Positions 1 through 9,814 are shown, counted from the stretch's first letter. The stretch is DNA of 64,000 nucleotides from Candidatus Buchananbacteria bacterium (GCA_030650095.1 JAUSEE010000033.1:26757-90756), one strand, 5' to 3'. Numbers and translations: made by a program. The notes: a model not told the origin generated them from the sequence alone.

Positions 1-222
1 GAAGATAATCTAAGGCGCAGGCCAATTGAAGATATTTGGCATGATCCCAATCTCTTTGCTTATAATCGGCAATTTAAAGAGGCAGATTTAAATTCGGAGT
101 GTCAGAAATGCGAGGAAAAGGAAATTTGCCGCGGCGGTTGCAATTCCCAGTCATTTTCCATGACGGGCCGGTTTAATTGTTCGCCGTTTTGTTTTTTAAA
201 GGCAGTCAAAGGCAGTAGTTGA
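1..222 (+). CDS. Radical SAM/SPASM domain protein, C-terminal fragment (truncated by window start)
   Basis: Frame 1 reads EDNLRRRPIEDIWHDP...ECQKCEEKEICRGGCNSQS...SPFC, the SPASM CxxCx5CxGGC motif; TGA at 220-222. Not in ORF track. Confidence 0.85.
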   Translation, partial: EDNLRRRPIEDIWHDPNLFAYNRQFKEADLNSECQKCEEKEICRGGCNSQSFSMTGRFNCSPFCFLKAVKGSS

Positions 223-247
223 TACTGTTAAGAAAGGTGAGACTAAA

Positions 248-682
248 ATGATATCGTGTGAAAAGCTTGAAGGAGCAGAGGAAGGTGATTTGGTGTTAGT
301 TCTGCGCCATCTTAAACTGGCTAGCGATCAGGGAGACGGGCCAACTTTTATGGTTTTGGCGCGCATGGTTAAGTGGCATAAAAAGTATGCGATGAGTGGC
401 GATAGTCGTTACATGTTTGTGCGCGATCTCATTGTTTTATTGCCAGGATCATCCCTTAGATCTTTTCCTCAAATGTTTGATGATATTTCCGGCAGCGAAT
501 ATGTTTTTAGAAAGTATTGGTCTCCACCGATAACCCACGAATTATATATCCGCGATGATGAATATGTTCTGGGGCAAGAGAAAATTTTGGAGAAACTGGA
601 GAGTAATCCTTATTATGCGGCTCACGCGGCTACCATCAGAGCTTTGCTGGCTAAAGAACAAGCCACTGTTTTAGTTAAGTAG
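248..682 (+). CDS. Hypothetical protein
   Basis: 144-aa ORF preceded by SD-like AAAGGTGA. Confidence 0.7.
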   Translation: MISCEKLEGAEEGDLVLVLRHLKLASDQGDGPTFMVLARMVKWHKKYAMSGDSRYMFVRDLIVLLPGSSLRSFPQMFDDISGSEYVFRKYWSPPITHELYIRDDEYVLGQEKILEKLESNPYYAAHAATIRALLAKEQATVLVK

Positions 683-742
683 CTATCATTTTATGGTTAA
701 TAGTTAAAGCAGATCTGGAAAACCAGAAAGGTGGTGAGATAG

Positions 743-940
743 ATGAAAAAAATAAAGCCGTTGCCATCAGATCAATTTTCTGATGATCAATTCAAAACTC
801 CTACTAATGAAGAACTAATGGAGGAGTTGGAAAGATTGAGGCAGGAAGTAGAAAAGCTTAAAAGGTTGAATAAACCGAAGCCGAATCGGCCTTTTGGTCC
901 AGGCAGATTAATCAAGTATGCTCCTATTAAACCCAGATAA
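743..940 (+). CDS. Small hypothetical protein with coiled coil
   Basis: 65 aa; SD-like AAAGGTGGTGA; followed by a terminator-like hairpin. Confidence 0.65.
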   Translation: MKKIKPLPSDQFSDDQFKTPTNEELMEELERLRQEVEKLKRLNKPKPNRPFGPGRLIKYAPIKPR

Positions 941-986
941 TTAACTAATAGATTTCAAAACAACAACAGCGCTTTTTTAAACAGTC

Positions 987-1017
987 AGACCGCTTTATAA
1001 CAAGGCGGTCTTATTTT
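987..1017. terminator. Intrinsic terminator-like hairpin between convergent genes
   Basis: AGACCGCTTT-ataac-AAGGCGGTCT followed by TATTTT. Confidence 0.55.
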
Positions 1018-1048
1018 ATACTGAGTTTAAATTAACTCGGTTTTTTAT

Positions 1049-2179
1049 TTAGATATAATATCTAGGCAAGCTTTCTCGCAGCCTGGTAATAATTTCATAA
1101 TTGATAGTATCGGCCCAAATAGCTAATTGCTCTACAGTTATTTGTTCATTATCTTGTCGGCCGATTAAGACCACCTCATCACCGCTCGATATTTGGCCAC
1201 AATCAGTGATATCAATAATAGTAATATTCATACAAACTCGTCCCAAGATAGGCGCTCTCTGGCCACTTACTAGAGCATAGCCTTTGTTGCTCAATTTCCT
1301 ATCATAACCGTCGTAGTAGCCAACCGGAATCGTGGCTATAGTTGAAGGACGGCTGGTGGTATAAGCGCAGCCATAACCGACAAAACTGTTGGCCAGTATT
1401 TTTTTTATTTGGCCGATTATGGTTTTAAATGCCAAAGCCGGCTTTAAATTTATTCCTTTAGCTTTGGCTATCTCGGCTACTTCGCTACTGGGATAGTAAC
1501 CATAAGCAGAAATGCCCGGTCTGACTAAATTGGAAATGTGATTATCGTATACTAAGAGGGAAGCACTTTTATCGCAATGGATTATCAAATCATGGTTTGT
1601 GATATTTTTTATTTTAGAAACTATGCTAGTAAATTTTTCCAGTTGCTCATTAAAGTATGATGGGTTAGACGGCTCAGCGGAATTGGCAAAGTGAGTGGCC
1701 AAGCCCTCAATTTTAATATGAGGCAGATCGTTTATTTTTTTAGCCAATTCTTCCGCTTCCATCATTAAAACTCCATGCCGGTGCATGCCGGTGTCTATTT
1801 TCAAATGAATGTTGGCGATTTTATTTTTTGTTTGTCCTATTTTTGATAATTTTTCAGCGTAGTCAAAACTGCTGATGAATAATCTTAAATCCAGATCAAA
1901 AATCCGTTCTAATTCGTATTCGGCGACATGGCCGATAACTAAAATCGGCTGACCAAGGTCGGCTTGCCTGATTTTTTCCGCCTCTTCAATGGAATTAACC
2001 GACAGCCAATCGGCTCCGCCGCTTATAAATATTTTAGCTGTTTCAACTAGGCCATGTCCGTAGGCATTGGCTTTGATGCAAGGCGAAATAATAGCTTCTG
2101 GACAGGTTATTTGCCTGATTGTTTTAAGGTTGCTGATTAAATTATTTTTGGAAATTTCAATCCAGGAAAGGTTATTCAT
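1049..2179 (-). CDS. alr: Alanine racemase
   Basis: IKANAYGHG PLP-lysine motif, HLKIDTGMHR, GRVCMN, TINYE. Confidence 0.97.
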   Translation of the reverse strand: MNNLSWIEISKNNLISNLKTIRQITCPEAIISPCIKANAYGHGLVETAKIFISGGADWLSVNSIEEAEKIRQADLGQPILVIGHVAEYELERIFDLDLRLFISSFDYAEKLSKIGQTKNKIANIHLKIDTGMHRHGVLMMEAEELAKKINDLPHIKIEGLATHFANSAEPSNPSYFNEQLEKFTSIVSKIKNITNHDLIIHCDKSASLLVYDNHISNLVRPGISAYGYYPSSEVAEIAKAKGINLKPALAFKTIIGQIKKILANSFVGYGCAYTTSRPSTIATIPVGYYDGYDRKLSNKGYALVSGQRAPILGRVCMNITIIDITDCGQISSGDEVVLIGRQDNEQITVEQLAIWADTINYEIITRLRESLPRYYI

Positions 2180-2331
2180 TTTTGTTTGTATTTATTTGAT
2201 TTATTTTAATAGTAAACATCTTACTCCAATAAGCTAAAAAATCAATAATTTAAAACCACAGCTTTTTTATGGCTTAAAAATGAAAAAACCAAAATTCAAA
2301 AAATGAATTAAGGCCTGGTAAAAATATTAAA

Positions 2332-2847
2332 TTAAGTTTCCGAAAATAACCGGTTGATAAGCACCCCGGCAAAATAACTGACCACAATAACTATTGAAGC
2401 AATAAACAAATGTTCCGCTATTATGCCCAGCGGTTTTCTTTTTTGCGATTTGGCTATCATCAAGCTGATGATTGTTAAAAGAAATACGCCCCAAAGGCAG
2501 TTAATAATCACAGCCGATTTGATGTCTACTAAAATCACCGGCAAAATAAAAGTGATGGCAAAAAGAAATTTGGAGGCTAAAGTGGCAATAGTTGTTTGCC
2601 AGATTTCTTTTTGCTTGTCACCGTCTTTGGATTCCTCGGAAATGTGCATGCCCAAAGCATCGGAAAAGGCGTCGGCAATGGCGATGGTGAGTATGCCGCC
2701 CAAAACAGCTAATTTGGAACCAGTGCCTGCTAATAAGCCGATCATTAAGCCTAGGGTGGTAATGACAGCCGAAGTCAATCCAAAATTAAGCCCTGATTTG
2801 AAAGGATTTATTGATCCCTTTTTGGTTTTACGCTTTGACCAAACCAT
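2332..2847 (-). CDS. VIT1/CCC1-like membrane protein
   Basis: FGLTSAVITTLG...AIADAFSDALGMHISEES, multiple TM helices. Confidence 0.75.
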   Translation of the reverse strand: MVWSKRKTKKGSINPFKSGLNFGLTSAVITTLGLMIGLLAGTGSKLAVLGGILTIAIADAFSDALGMHISEESKDGDKQKEIWQTTIATLASKFLFAITFILPVILVDIKSAVIINCLWGVFLLTIISLMIAKSQKRKPLGIIAEHLFIASIVIVVSYFAGVLINRLFSET

Positions 2848-2913
2848 AGTTTTGATATTATACTTTCTAAGTATGGATATAGTTGTATTTTACCATAAAA
2901 TATAAAAAAATAC

Positions 2914-4059
2914 ATGAATAAAAAAGTAGCTATTGTAGTCTGCGCTTTTCCGCCCCAAGGCGGCGGCATTGGCAATAATGCTTATTATCATTTGCGGGAA
3001 TTAAAAAAAATCGGCTATGAAGCCAAGGTATTCACTCCCAAGTATAAGGATATAAAAAATATAAGCGGTGGAGATGTTGAATATTTGTCGGTTGTCTGGG
3101 CAGTGGGCAAAGCCGGATTTTTATTTTCACTATATAACAGATTAAAAGGATTTGATGTTATTCATTTGTATTATCCTTTTTTTGGCACAGATTTGATAGT
3201 GCTGATTTTTAAATTTTTCCATCCGCATAAGAAACTGGTTTTGCATTATCAAATGGACCCCATTGGTTACGGCTATAGGAAATTTATTTTTAAATTACAC
3301 CTAAAATTATTTTTGCCCTTTCTGATAATAATGAGTGAGAAAATAATCATGCTTTCCAAAGACAATGCCCAGCATAGCTACTTGAGAGGCTATATTAAAA
3401 AGTATAAAAATAAATTTGTCGCCATTTCTAATGGCGTTGATGCCACCGTTTTCAAACCGGCGTCTAAAAATTGGCAACTGGCAGAGCAATATCATATTTC
3501 AGAAAACGATCAAGTGATAGTTTTTGCCGGCGGCTTGGATGACCAGCATTTTTTTAAGGGCGTTGATGTTTTGCTAAAATCTTTTGCTCTCGTATCTCAA
3601 AAAAATAACAATGCCAAATTGATGGTTATCGGCGGTGGCAACAGAAGAAATTATTATGAAAAATTAGCTCAAGATCTTAATCTCTCAGAAAAAGTTATAT
3701 TCACCGGTTGGATAAATAACGAGGCTTTGCCGGATTATTATAACTTGGGAGATATTTTTGTTTTGCCTTCCACTGAAAAGACCGAAAGCTTTGGCATTGT
3801 TATAGCCGAAGCGCAAGCTTGCGGACTTCCGGCTCTAGTTTCCAATTGGCCGGGCAGCCGCTTGACCATAGAAGACAATAAAACCGGTTTTTTAGTAGAA
3901 CCAAAAAATGAACAAGACTTGTCAGAAAAAATAATTAAGCTGCTTAACGATGATGATTTAAGGAAAAAAATGAGCCAGAGCGCATCACTGCGAGCTAGGG
4001 AGAAATATTCTTGGGATTATGTTACTCTTAAAATAGATTCTCTTTATAAAGATTTATGA
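2914..4059 (+). CDS. Glycosyltransferase family 4 (GT-B)
   Basis: GGIG N-terminal motif, FKGVDVLL, ESFGIVIAEAQACG. Confidence 0.93.
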   Translation: MNKKVAIVVCAFPPQGGGIGNNAYYHLRELKKIGYEAKVFTPKYKDIKNISGGDVEYLSVVWAVGKAGFLFSLYNRLKGFDVIHLYYPFFGTDLIVLIFKFFHPHKKLVLHYQMDPIGYGYRKFIFKLHLKLFLPFLIIMSEKIIMLSKDNAQHSYLRGYIKKYKNKFVAISNGVDATVFKPASKNWQLAEQYHISENDQVIVFAGGLDDQHFFKGVDVLLKSFALVSQKNNNAKLMVIGGGNRRNYYEKLAQDLNLSEKVIFTGWINNEALPDYYNLGDIFVLPSTEKTESFGIVIAEAQACGLPALVSNWPGSRLTIEDNKTGFLVEPKNEQDLSEKIIKLLNDDDLRKKMSQSASLRAREKYSWDYVTLKIDSLYKDL

Positions 4060-4439
4060 AAAAAAATAATTTGAAAACATTTTATATAATTGCCAGCTTG
4101 ATTTGGATGGTGGCTATTTTTTGGGAATCTTCTATTGGAGATTATTCTTCCGTGCCCGGAGTAAAAGAAGGCCACAATGATTTATTATCTTCCATTGTCC
4201 ACATACTCTCGTATTTAATATTGTGCTTTCTGCTCATTAAATCATTTGTAGCCAGCGGAGTAAAAAATCATAAGGCCATATTGTACGGTTTTATTATAAC
4301 TGTTTTCTATGGCGCTACCGATGAATGGCATCAGCTTTTTGTGCTGGGCCGGGAAGCTCATGTTAGCGATTGGCTTTTGGATGTTTCCGGGGCTATTATA
4401 ACGGTTTATTTTTACAAATATTTTTATAATATTAAATAG
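4056..4439 (+). CDS. VanZ family membrane protein
   Basis: YGATDEWHQLFVLGREAHVSDWLLD. Confidence 0.88.
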   Translation: MKKNNLKTFYIIASLIWMVAIFWESSIGDYSSVPGVKEGHNDLLSSIVHILSYLILCFLLIKSFVASGVKNHKAILYGFIITVFYGATDEWHQLFVLGREAHVSDWLLDVSGAIITVYFYKYFYNIK

Positions 4440-4457
4440 CCTGGTTTACTTGAGTGG

Positions 4458-4486
4458 TTGACAGATTCTGATTTGTGTGCTATTAT
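4458..4486 (+). promoter_or_regulatory. Sigma70-type promoter
   Basis: TTGACA-17 bp-TATTAT. Confidence 0.65.
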
Positions 4487-4531
4487 TATCAAAGACAATT
4501 TAAACAAACCATCTTCAGAAAGGAGACGATT

Positions 4532-4681
4532 TTGATCAGGCATGCCAAGCCGTCGGAAAATTCAGAAGTCCTGTGCGGAGCCAGTGGTGGTAATTGGGTG
4601 TTTATCCATTATTTCAGTTCTTTGCCACAAGAGGATCAATGTCCCGATTGCGCTCAGGCGATCAAAGAGCACCACAATTGA
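4532..4681 (+). CDS. Small putative Zn-binding protein (49 aa, TTG start)
   Basis: AAAGGAG upstream of TTG at 4532; MIRHAKP...LCG...CPDC; own promoter; hairpin after stop. Confidence 0.55.
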   Translation: MIRHAKPSENSEVLCGASGGNWVFIHYFSSLPQEDQCPDCAQAIKEHHN

Positions 4682-4760
4682 TATTTTATCTTCCAAGCCA
4701 GGCTGTTTAAGCTGGCTTTTTGTTTTGACTCCTTATAGCGCTTAGTTTTATAATCAAATT

Positions 4761-6023
4761 ATGTCGGAAAATAAAAAATCAGCCAAAGGCAATTTAGCCC
4801 TAGGCCAGAAAATAGCTGTTATAAATTCAATTTACCAGCCCTACACCCGTGGCGGCGCCGAGGTGGTGGCGGGGAATATTGTAAGTGGCCTAAAAAATCA
4901 GGGCCATGATGTTTTTGTTATATCTTTGGGGTATGAGAATAAACTAAATTATATTGACGAAGTTAAATCTTGTCAGATCAAGCCTTTTAATTTTTTTAAT
5001 TTTTTGGATATCAACTTCCAGCCGGTTTGGCTTCGTTTTCTTTGGCATCCTCTTGATATGTTTAACGGTGTCCAAACTTGGCGTGTTTATAGGATTTTAC
5101 ATAAAGAAAAACCTGATTTGATTCTCACCCATAATTTGAAGGGGCTGGGCTATCTTCTTCCTTGGCTGATAAGAATGATGAAAATAAAGCACATCCACAG
5201 CATTCATGACATGCAACTTATTCATCCCTCCGGGCTTTTAAAAGAAGATGAAAAAATTAATTTTTTAGTGGCAATTTACTCTTGGCTCAACAAGCGATTA
5301 TTTAATAAGGTTGAATATGTTATTTTTCCTTCAAAGTATATAAAATCAATTTATGATAGATATAATTTTTTTAGCCAGGCTAATAAACTAGTCTTGGGGA
5401 ATCCGGTTATTATCCACCCCTTACCAAGGGGAGGGCGGGGAGGGGTTGCCGAAAGCATCGGTCAACCACCCCTTGCCACTCTTTGTAAAGAAGGGGATTT
5501 TCAAATTATTTTTTTAGGCCAAGTAGAGGAGTATAAGGGCATCTTTGATTTGATTGAAGCAGTCAAAAAAATAAAATCAAATTTTACCCTTCACATTGTG
5601 GGAGACGGTTCGGCTTTAGCTAGAGCTAAGGATGAAACCAAAGACGACGCTAGATTTAAGTTCCATGGGCGCTTATCTCACTCTGAATTGAAAGAAAAAA
5701 TTTGGCCCAATATTGATCTTTTGATAAATCCAACCAAAGTGGCGGAAAGTTTCGGTTTGGTTATTGTGGAAGCCTGGGTGTATCGCGTGCCGTCATTGGC
5801 TTCCAATATCGGAGCTATCCCCGAATTGATAGATGACGGCCAAACCGGCTGGCTGTTTGAATCTGGTGATATAGACGATCTTAGTAGCAAGATTAAAATC
5901 ATTTCCGACAATATTTGCGGCTTTCAAGCCATTGGCCTTTTAGGCCGGGAAAAAGCTAAGGAATTTAATATTGATAATTATTTGAACAGGCTGGAGGAAT
6001 TTGCTAAGATAAAACCAATTTAA
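4761..6023 (+). CDS. Glycosyltransferase family 4 with in-frame palindromic insertion
   Basis: RGGAEVV, YKGIFDL, ESFGLVIVEA motifs. Confidence 0.92.
   Translation: MSENKKSAKGNLALGQKIAVINSIYQPYTRGGAEVVAGNIVSGLKNQGHDVFVISLGYENKLNYIDEVKSCQIKPFNFFNFLDINFQPVWLRFLWHPLDMFNGVQTWRVYRILHKEKPDLILTHNLKGLGYLLPWLIRMMKIKHIHSIHDMQLIHPSGLLKEDEKINFLVAIYSWLNKRLFNKVEYVIFPSKYIKSIYDRYNFFSQANKLVLGNPVIIHPLPRGGRGGVAESIGQPPLATLCKEGDFQIIFLGQVEEYKGIFDLIEAVKKIKSNFTLHIVGDGSALARAKDETKDDARFKFHGRLSHSELKEKIWPNIDLLINPTKVAESFGLVIVEAWVYRVPSLASNIGAIPELIDDGQTGWLFESGDIDDLSSKIKIISDNICGFQAIGLLGREKAKEFNIDNYLNRLEEFAKIKPI
5412..5498. repeat. 87-bp imperfect palindromic element inside the GT4 CDS
   Basis: Arms ATCCACCCCTTACCAAGGGGAGGGCGGGGAGGGGTTG and CAACCACCCCTTGCCACTCTTTGTAAAGAAGGGGAT are degenerate inverted repeats; 29 codons. 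Confidence 0.7.
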
Positions 6024-6024
6024 A

Positions 6025-6166
6025 AATGAACCCGTCCCCGCTCTAAAGAGCGGGGTATCTGGGCGGTTTCAAATGGAGGGTGTCGGCTCCGCCGACGTAT
6101 TTCTCCTCACACTGCCCTTCATCCCCTGGCTTAAAAGCCAGGGGTATTCGGGCAGCAACATTATAA
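6025..6166 (+). mobile_element. 142-bp non-autonomous hairpin element (IS200/IS605 end-like), copy 1
   Basis: About 7 mismatches versus the inverted copy at 55767-55908; hairpins CCCCGCTCT-AA-AGAGCGGGG, GTCGGC-TCC-GCCGAC, CCCCTGGCTT-AA-AAGCCAGGGG. Confidence 0.75.
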
Positions 6167-6208
6167 ATTTAAATTATAGGAAAAATATTTTGGTGGTTTT
6201 AATTTCTA

Positions 6209-6237
6209 TTGACGTATTATTCTATTTTTGCTAACAT
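6209..6237 (+). promoter_or_regulatory. Sigma70-type promoter
   Basis: TTGACG-17 bp-TAACAT with TG upstream of -10. Confidence 0.55.
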
Positions 6238-6295
6238 AATAAATAAGTCAATTTTAGGTGCATTATGATTGGTTGTAAACAACTGGAGAAAGGCC

Positions 6296-6499
6296 ATGAG
6301 TAAAGACAAAAACAAGATTAAGATTGGCACTTTGGTGAGCAACAATATCAGAGGCGAGGACTGGGATATTGGCAAGGTTATCGGGATGGAAAATTTGGAA
6401 TTAAGCGTCGGGCCGGTTCTGATTATTAGGGATGTTAGGACTGACAGGAAATACAGGGCGTTGGCGACGAATGTCTCCAAGTTAGTAGCAGAGCCATAG
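6296..6499 (+). CDS. Small hypothetical protein (possible SH3/KOW-like barrel)
   Basis: ATG at 6296 after GGAGAAAGG; terminator-like AACGGTCA-gaaa-TGGCCGTT+T run after stop. Confidence 0.65.
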   Translation: MSKDKNKIKIGTLVSNNIRGEDWDIGKVIGMENLELSVGPVLIIRDVRTDRKYRALATNVSKLVAEP

Positions 6500-6601
6500 T
6501 TAAGAGAAGAGTTCTTTGTAAACGGTCAGAAATGGCCGTTTTTTTGTCGTTTGATATTTTGATATATTTCAGTTACAATAATTGTAATTCAACAAGTAAA
6601 T

Positions 6602-7690
6602 ATGGAAATTTTTTTAATTACTCTCGTGTTGATTTTACTGGCAATTATAATTGCTATGTTTTTAGTCTTCAATCGGAAGCTGTCAATGTTATCTAAACCG
6701 GCTGATGATAAATTGAATTTATTGTTGTTTGAACGTATTAAGGAATTAAACCAAACAATGGATTCCAGTCTCAAGGGTTTGAATCAAACGGTGGACAGCA
6801 AACTGGCCCAGTCCACTCAGCAGATGCAATCGCAATTCAACCAGAGCATCAGCATCGTCAAAGGTATTACGGAAAAGATGACAGAGCTTCAGGAGACCAA
6901 CAAGCAAGTGATGGGTTTTTCGGCCCAGCTTAAAAATCTGGAGAAAGTCTTGACGAGTCAGAAACAGCGTGGCAATTTAGGCGAGGCGGCCTTGCAATTG
7001 GTCTTGGAAAATATCTTGCCGCCGACATCATTTATGTTGCAATACAAGTTTGACGATGGCGACATCGTGGATGCAGTCATCAAGACCAAGGACGGCCTTA
7101 TCCCAGTGGATGCCAAGTTTTCTCTGGATAATTATAATCGCGTCATCAATGAAGATGACGAGGAAAAGCGCCTGGTTTATGAAAAAGAATTCAAGAATGA
7201 TCTGAAGAAGAGAATAGATGAAACCAGCAAGTATATAAAGCCGAGTAAGGGGACGATGGATTTCGCTTTTATGTTTATTCCCGCCGAGGCGATTTATTAT
7301 GATTTGCTGGTCAATGAAGTCGGCGCTATAAAAATAAATACCAGAAGTTTAATTGATTATGCGTTCAAAGAAAAACGAGTCATTATTGTGTCGCCCACGA
7401 CTTTCGCCGCTTATTTGCAAACTGTTTTGCAAGGGCTACGCGCGCTTAAAATAGAAGAGCAGACCAAACAGATTACCAAATGGGTGGAGATGCTGCAGAA
7501 ACACATTTCGGCTTATGATGATTATTTTAAGAAATTGGGCAACAGCTTAAATACAACTGTTAATGCCTATAATACTGCCGACAAAGAATTTAAGAAAATA
7601 GACAAAGACGTAGTTAAGATTACCGGTGTCGAAGGCGTTATCGAACCCCTGCAACTGGATGGGCCGAAGAAGGTTGATTCTAATGATTAA
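6602..7690 (+). CDS. rmuC: DNA recombination protein RmuC
   Basis: N-terminal TM helix, coiled coil, RGNLGE, PVDAKF, DFAFMFIPAEAIY, SPTT. Confidence 0.93.
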   Translation: MEIFLITLVLILLAIIIAMFLVFNRKLSMLSKPADDKLNLLLFERIKELNQTMDSSLKGLNQTVDSKLAQSTQQMQSQFNQSISIVKGITEKMTELQETNKQVMGFSAQLKNLEKVLTSQKQRGNLGEAALQLVLENILPPTSFMLQYKFDDGDIVDAVIKTKDGLIPVDAKFSLDNYNRVINEDDEEKRLVYEKEFKNDLKKRIDETSKYIKPSKGTMDFAFMFIPAEAIYYDLLVNEVGAIKINTRSLIDYAFKEKRVIIVSPTTFAAYLQTVLQGLRALKIEEQTKQITKWVEMLQKHISAYDDYFKKLGNSLNTTVNAYNTADKEFKKIDKDVVKITGVEGVIEPLQLDGPKKVDSND

Positions 7691-7757
7691 ATAAAACAAA
7701 TCTTATTTTTAATTTCGTTTGATTTAAAGTATAATCAAATCAATTAATCCCCAATTT

Positions 7758-8117
7758 ATGGATTACGCTAAACAATTTTTAGGCAAGACTGTTTCGGCCA
7801 AGATAGATAGGCCAATGGGCTCCCGCCATCCCAAACATGGTTTTGTCTATATGGTTAACTATGGTTTCATACCAGAAACCAAAGCGCCCGATGGCGAAGA
7901 GGTGGATGCTTATGTTTTGGGAGTTTTTGAGCCGCAGGATATGTTTACCGGTCGGTGCATTGCTATCATCCATAGAACCAATGATAATGATGACAAGGTG
8001 ATTATCGCTCCCGAGGGCGTGGACTACAGCGACAAACAAATAATGGCCTTAACCGAATTCCAAGAACGATTTTTTAAATCCAAAGTTATAAAAAGATCAA
8101 TAAGAATGATTAAATGA
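7758..8117 (+). CDS. ppa: Inorganic pyrophosphatase (short family I)
   Basis: IDRPMGSRHP, VNYGFIP, DGEEVDAY, DDK. Confidence 0.85.
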   Translation: MDYAKQFLGKTVSAKIDRPMGSRHPKHGFVYMVNYGFIPETKAPDGEEVDAYVLGVFEPQDMFTGRCIAIIHRTNDNDDKVIIAPEGVDYSDKQIMALTEFQERFFKSKVIKRSIRMIK

Positions 8118-8470
8118 AAATTAATTGCGTATTATTTTTAATAATTTCACTCTTGGTTTTAGGCGGTTGCGTAAAGCAGAATACCAACCAGGCAAGTGAT
8201 AATACAATAATAGCTGATGAAAAATTCTGCATTGCCAAAACGCAGTCAAATATAAGCAGCGATGAAGCTTACGAGATTGCCAAACAAAGCGCTTGCGCTC
8301 AGGCCGGAATTGTAACCGAAGACTGCAATTGCGATAATAATACCTATACTTGTTCCTTTACCATAGAAACTGATAAGACAGATTGCCATCCGGTTTGCGT
8401 GGTTGACTTAAAAACCCAAAAAACAGAAATTGATTGGAACTGTAACGACGGCTCTAAAGCGAGCCCATAA
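8114..8470 (+). CDS. Cys-rich lipoprotein
   Basis: Lipobox LGGC; multiple Cys in mature part. Confidence 0.75.
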   Translation: MKINCVLFLIISLLVLGGCVKQNTNQASDNTIIADEKFCIAKTQSNISSDEAYEIAKQSACAQAGIVTEDCNCDNNTYTCSFTIETDKTDCHPVCVVDLKTQKTEIDWNCNDGSKASP

Positions 8471-8560
8471 ATTTGCTTGTCGTGCATTTAAATAGGATTC
8501 CCGGTCTTGGCAGTTGGAGGCCGGGTTTTTCTTTTGTCTTTTTTTTGTTAGAATACGCCC

Positions 8561-9814
8561 ATGTCTTATAAAAAAATAATAATCATACTAACGCTTGTCT
8601 TGTTTCTGCTTTTTTTGGTTATTAATATTCCCACCCCCTTGAAAATCGAAGGGGACGGAGTTTTTTATTATAGCTGGTTAAGATCAGCTTTTTTCGATCA
8701 GGACTTTTATTTTTATAACGAATTAGAACATTTTTCTGCTTATGATGTTGGCAGCCGGTGGTTGTTAAATAGCAGTTTTAGAACCTATATCGGTAAAATA
8801 CCCAATCCCTATGCTTATGGCACGGGTTTATTGTGGTTGCCGTCTTTTATTTTAGCCGGTTTTCTGTCATTGATTTTTAATTTGCCGCCAGATGGCTACT
8901 CATTTTTTTATGTCTGGCTGCTAAATTTCTCCAGCTGGTTTTTTGGCCTGGCTTCGTTTTATATCGTTTATCTTAATCTAAAAAAATTCTTTAGCAACAC
9001 AATTTCGTTTTGGTCGTCCTTGGGCATTTATTTGGCTACGCCTTGGTTTTATTATCAATTTTTTGAGCCTTCTATGTCGCATATGGCTTCGCTGTTTATA
9101 GTTTGCTTGTTTTTTAATTTTGTCATTAAATTTTATAAGAAAGAAAGGGTTAATCTGTGGCTGTTTGCCCTGGCAATTTTTTTAATGCTAGCGGTGAGGT
9201 GGCAGAATCTTCTTTTTTTGCCAGTTGTGTTGCCGGTTTTGTTAAATCGCCGAGCGGAATTAAAATTAGTGGCCAAAAGATTATTGTCGATTGTGGCGCC
9301 AGCCGTTATTTTCTGGCTGACGCAATTTTTTCTGTGGCATCATCTTTACGGTTATTATTTTGTCCAACCGCAAGGCCGGGGATTTGTCAGATTTGATTGG
9401 CATGGCTTTTATGTTTTATTTTCCTCCAATCGTGGCTTGCTGTTATGGTCGCCATTATTAGTTTTAGCTTTCTGCGGTTTTTATTTTTTGTATAAAAAAT
9501 CAAAATTTTTATTTTTTATTTCTATTTCCGCTTTTTCCCTGCAGTGGCTGATAAACGGCTCTTTAAATGATTTGGGCGGAGGCGATGCTTATGGAGCTAG
9601 GAGATTCATTGAAACCCTGCCCTTTTTATCACTGGCTTTGGCGGCTTTTTGGTCTAAAATGAAAAATAAATGGCTAATCATTGCCCTTATAACTGTTTTT
9701 ATTATGTGGAATGCGGTTTTAATACAAAATTACCGTCTAGCGAAGATACCGCACCATGGTGAATTTGATGTGTTGAAAATTAATTATTTTAAAGATATAA
9801 TTCCTATTGATTAA
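8561..9814 (+). CDS. Multi-pass membrane GT-C type glycosyltransferase (PMT-like)
   Basis: GDGVFYYSW loop, many TM helices, GLLLWSP, YGARRF. Confidence 0.75.
   Translation: MSYKKIIIILTLVLFLLFLVINIPTPLKIEGDGVFYYSWLRSAFFDQDFYFYNELEHFSAYDVGSRWLLNSSFRTYIGKIPNPYAYGTGLLWLPSFILAGFLSLIFNLPPDGYSFFYVWLLNFSSWFFGLASFYIVYLNLKKFFSNTISFWSSLGIYLATPWFYYQFFEPSMSHMASLFIVCLFFNFVIKFYKKERVNLWLFALAIFLMLAVRWQNLLFLPVVLPVLLNRRAELKLVAKRLLSIVAPAVIFWLTQFFLWHHLYGYYFVQPQGRGFVRFDWHGFYVLFSSNRGLLLWSPLLVLAFCGFYFLYKKSKFLFFISISAFSLQWLINGSLNDLGGGDAYGARRFIETLPFLSLALAAFWSKMKNKWLIIALITVFIMWNAVLIQNYRLAKIPHHGEFDVLKINYFKDIIPID

Noticed and set aside
2423-2905. Antisense and alternate-frame ORFs overlapping clear genes (this one and many others, e.g. 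60424-60819, 63085-63986)
   Set aside because: Shadow ORFs of well-supported genes such as VIT1, dnaK and dnaJ; no motifs or expression signals
6025-6166. Autonomous IS element or integron attC site
   Set aside because: No transposase or integrase ORF in the window and no RYYYAAC/GTTRRRY core sites at the ends
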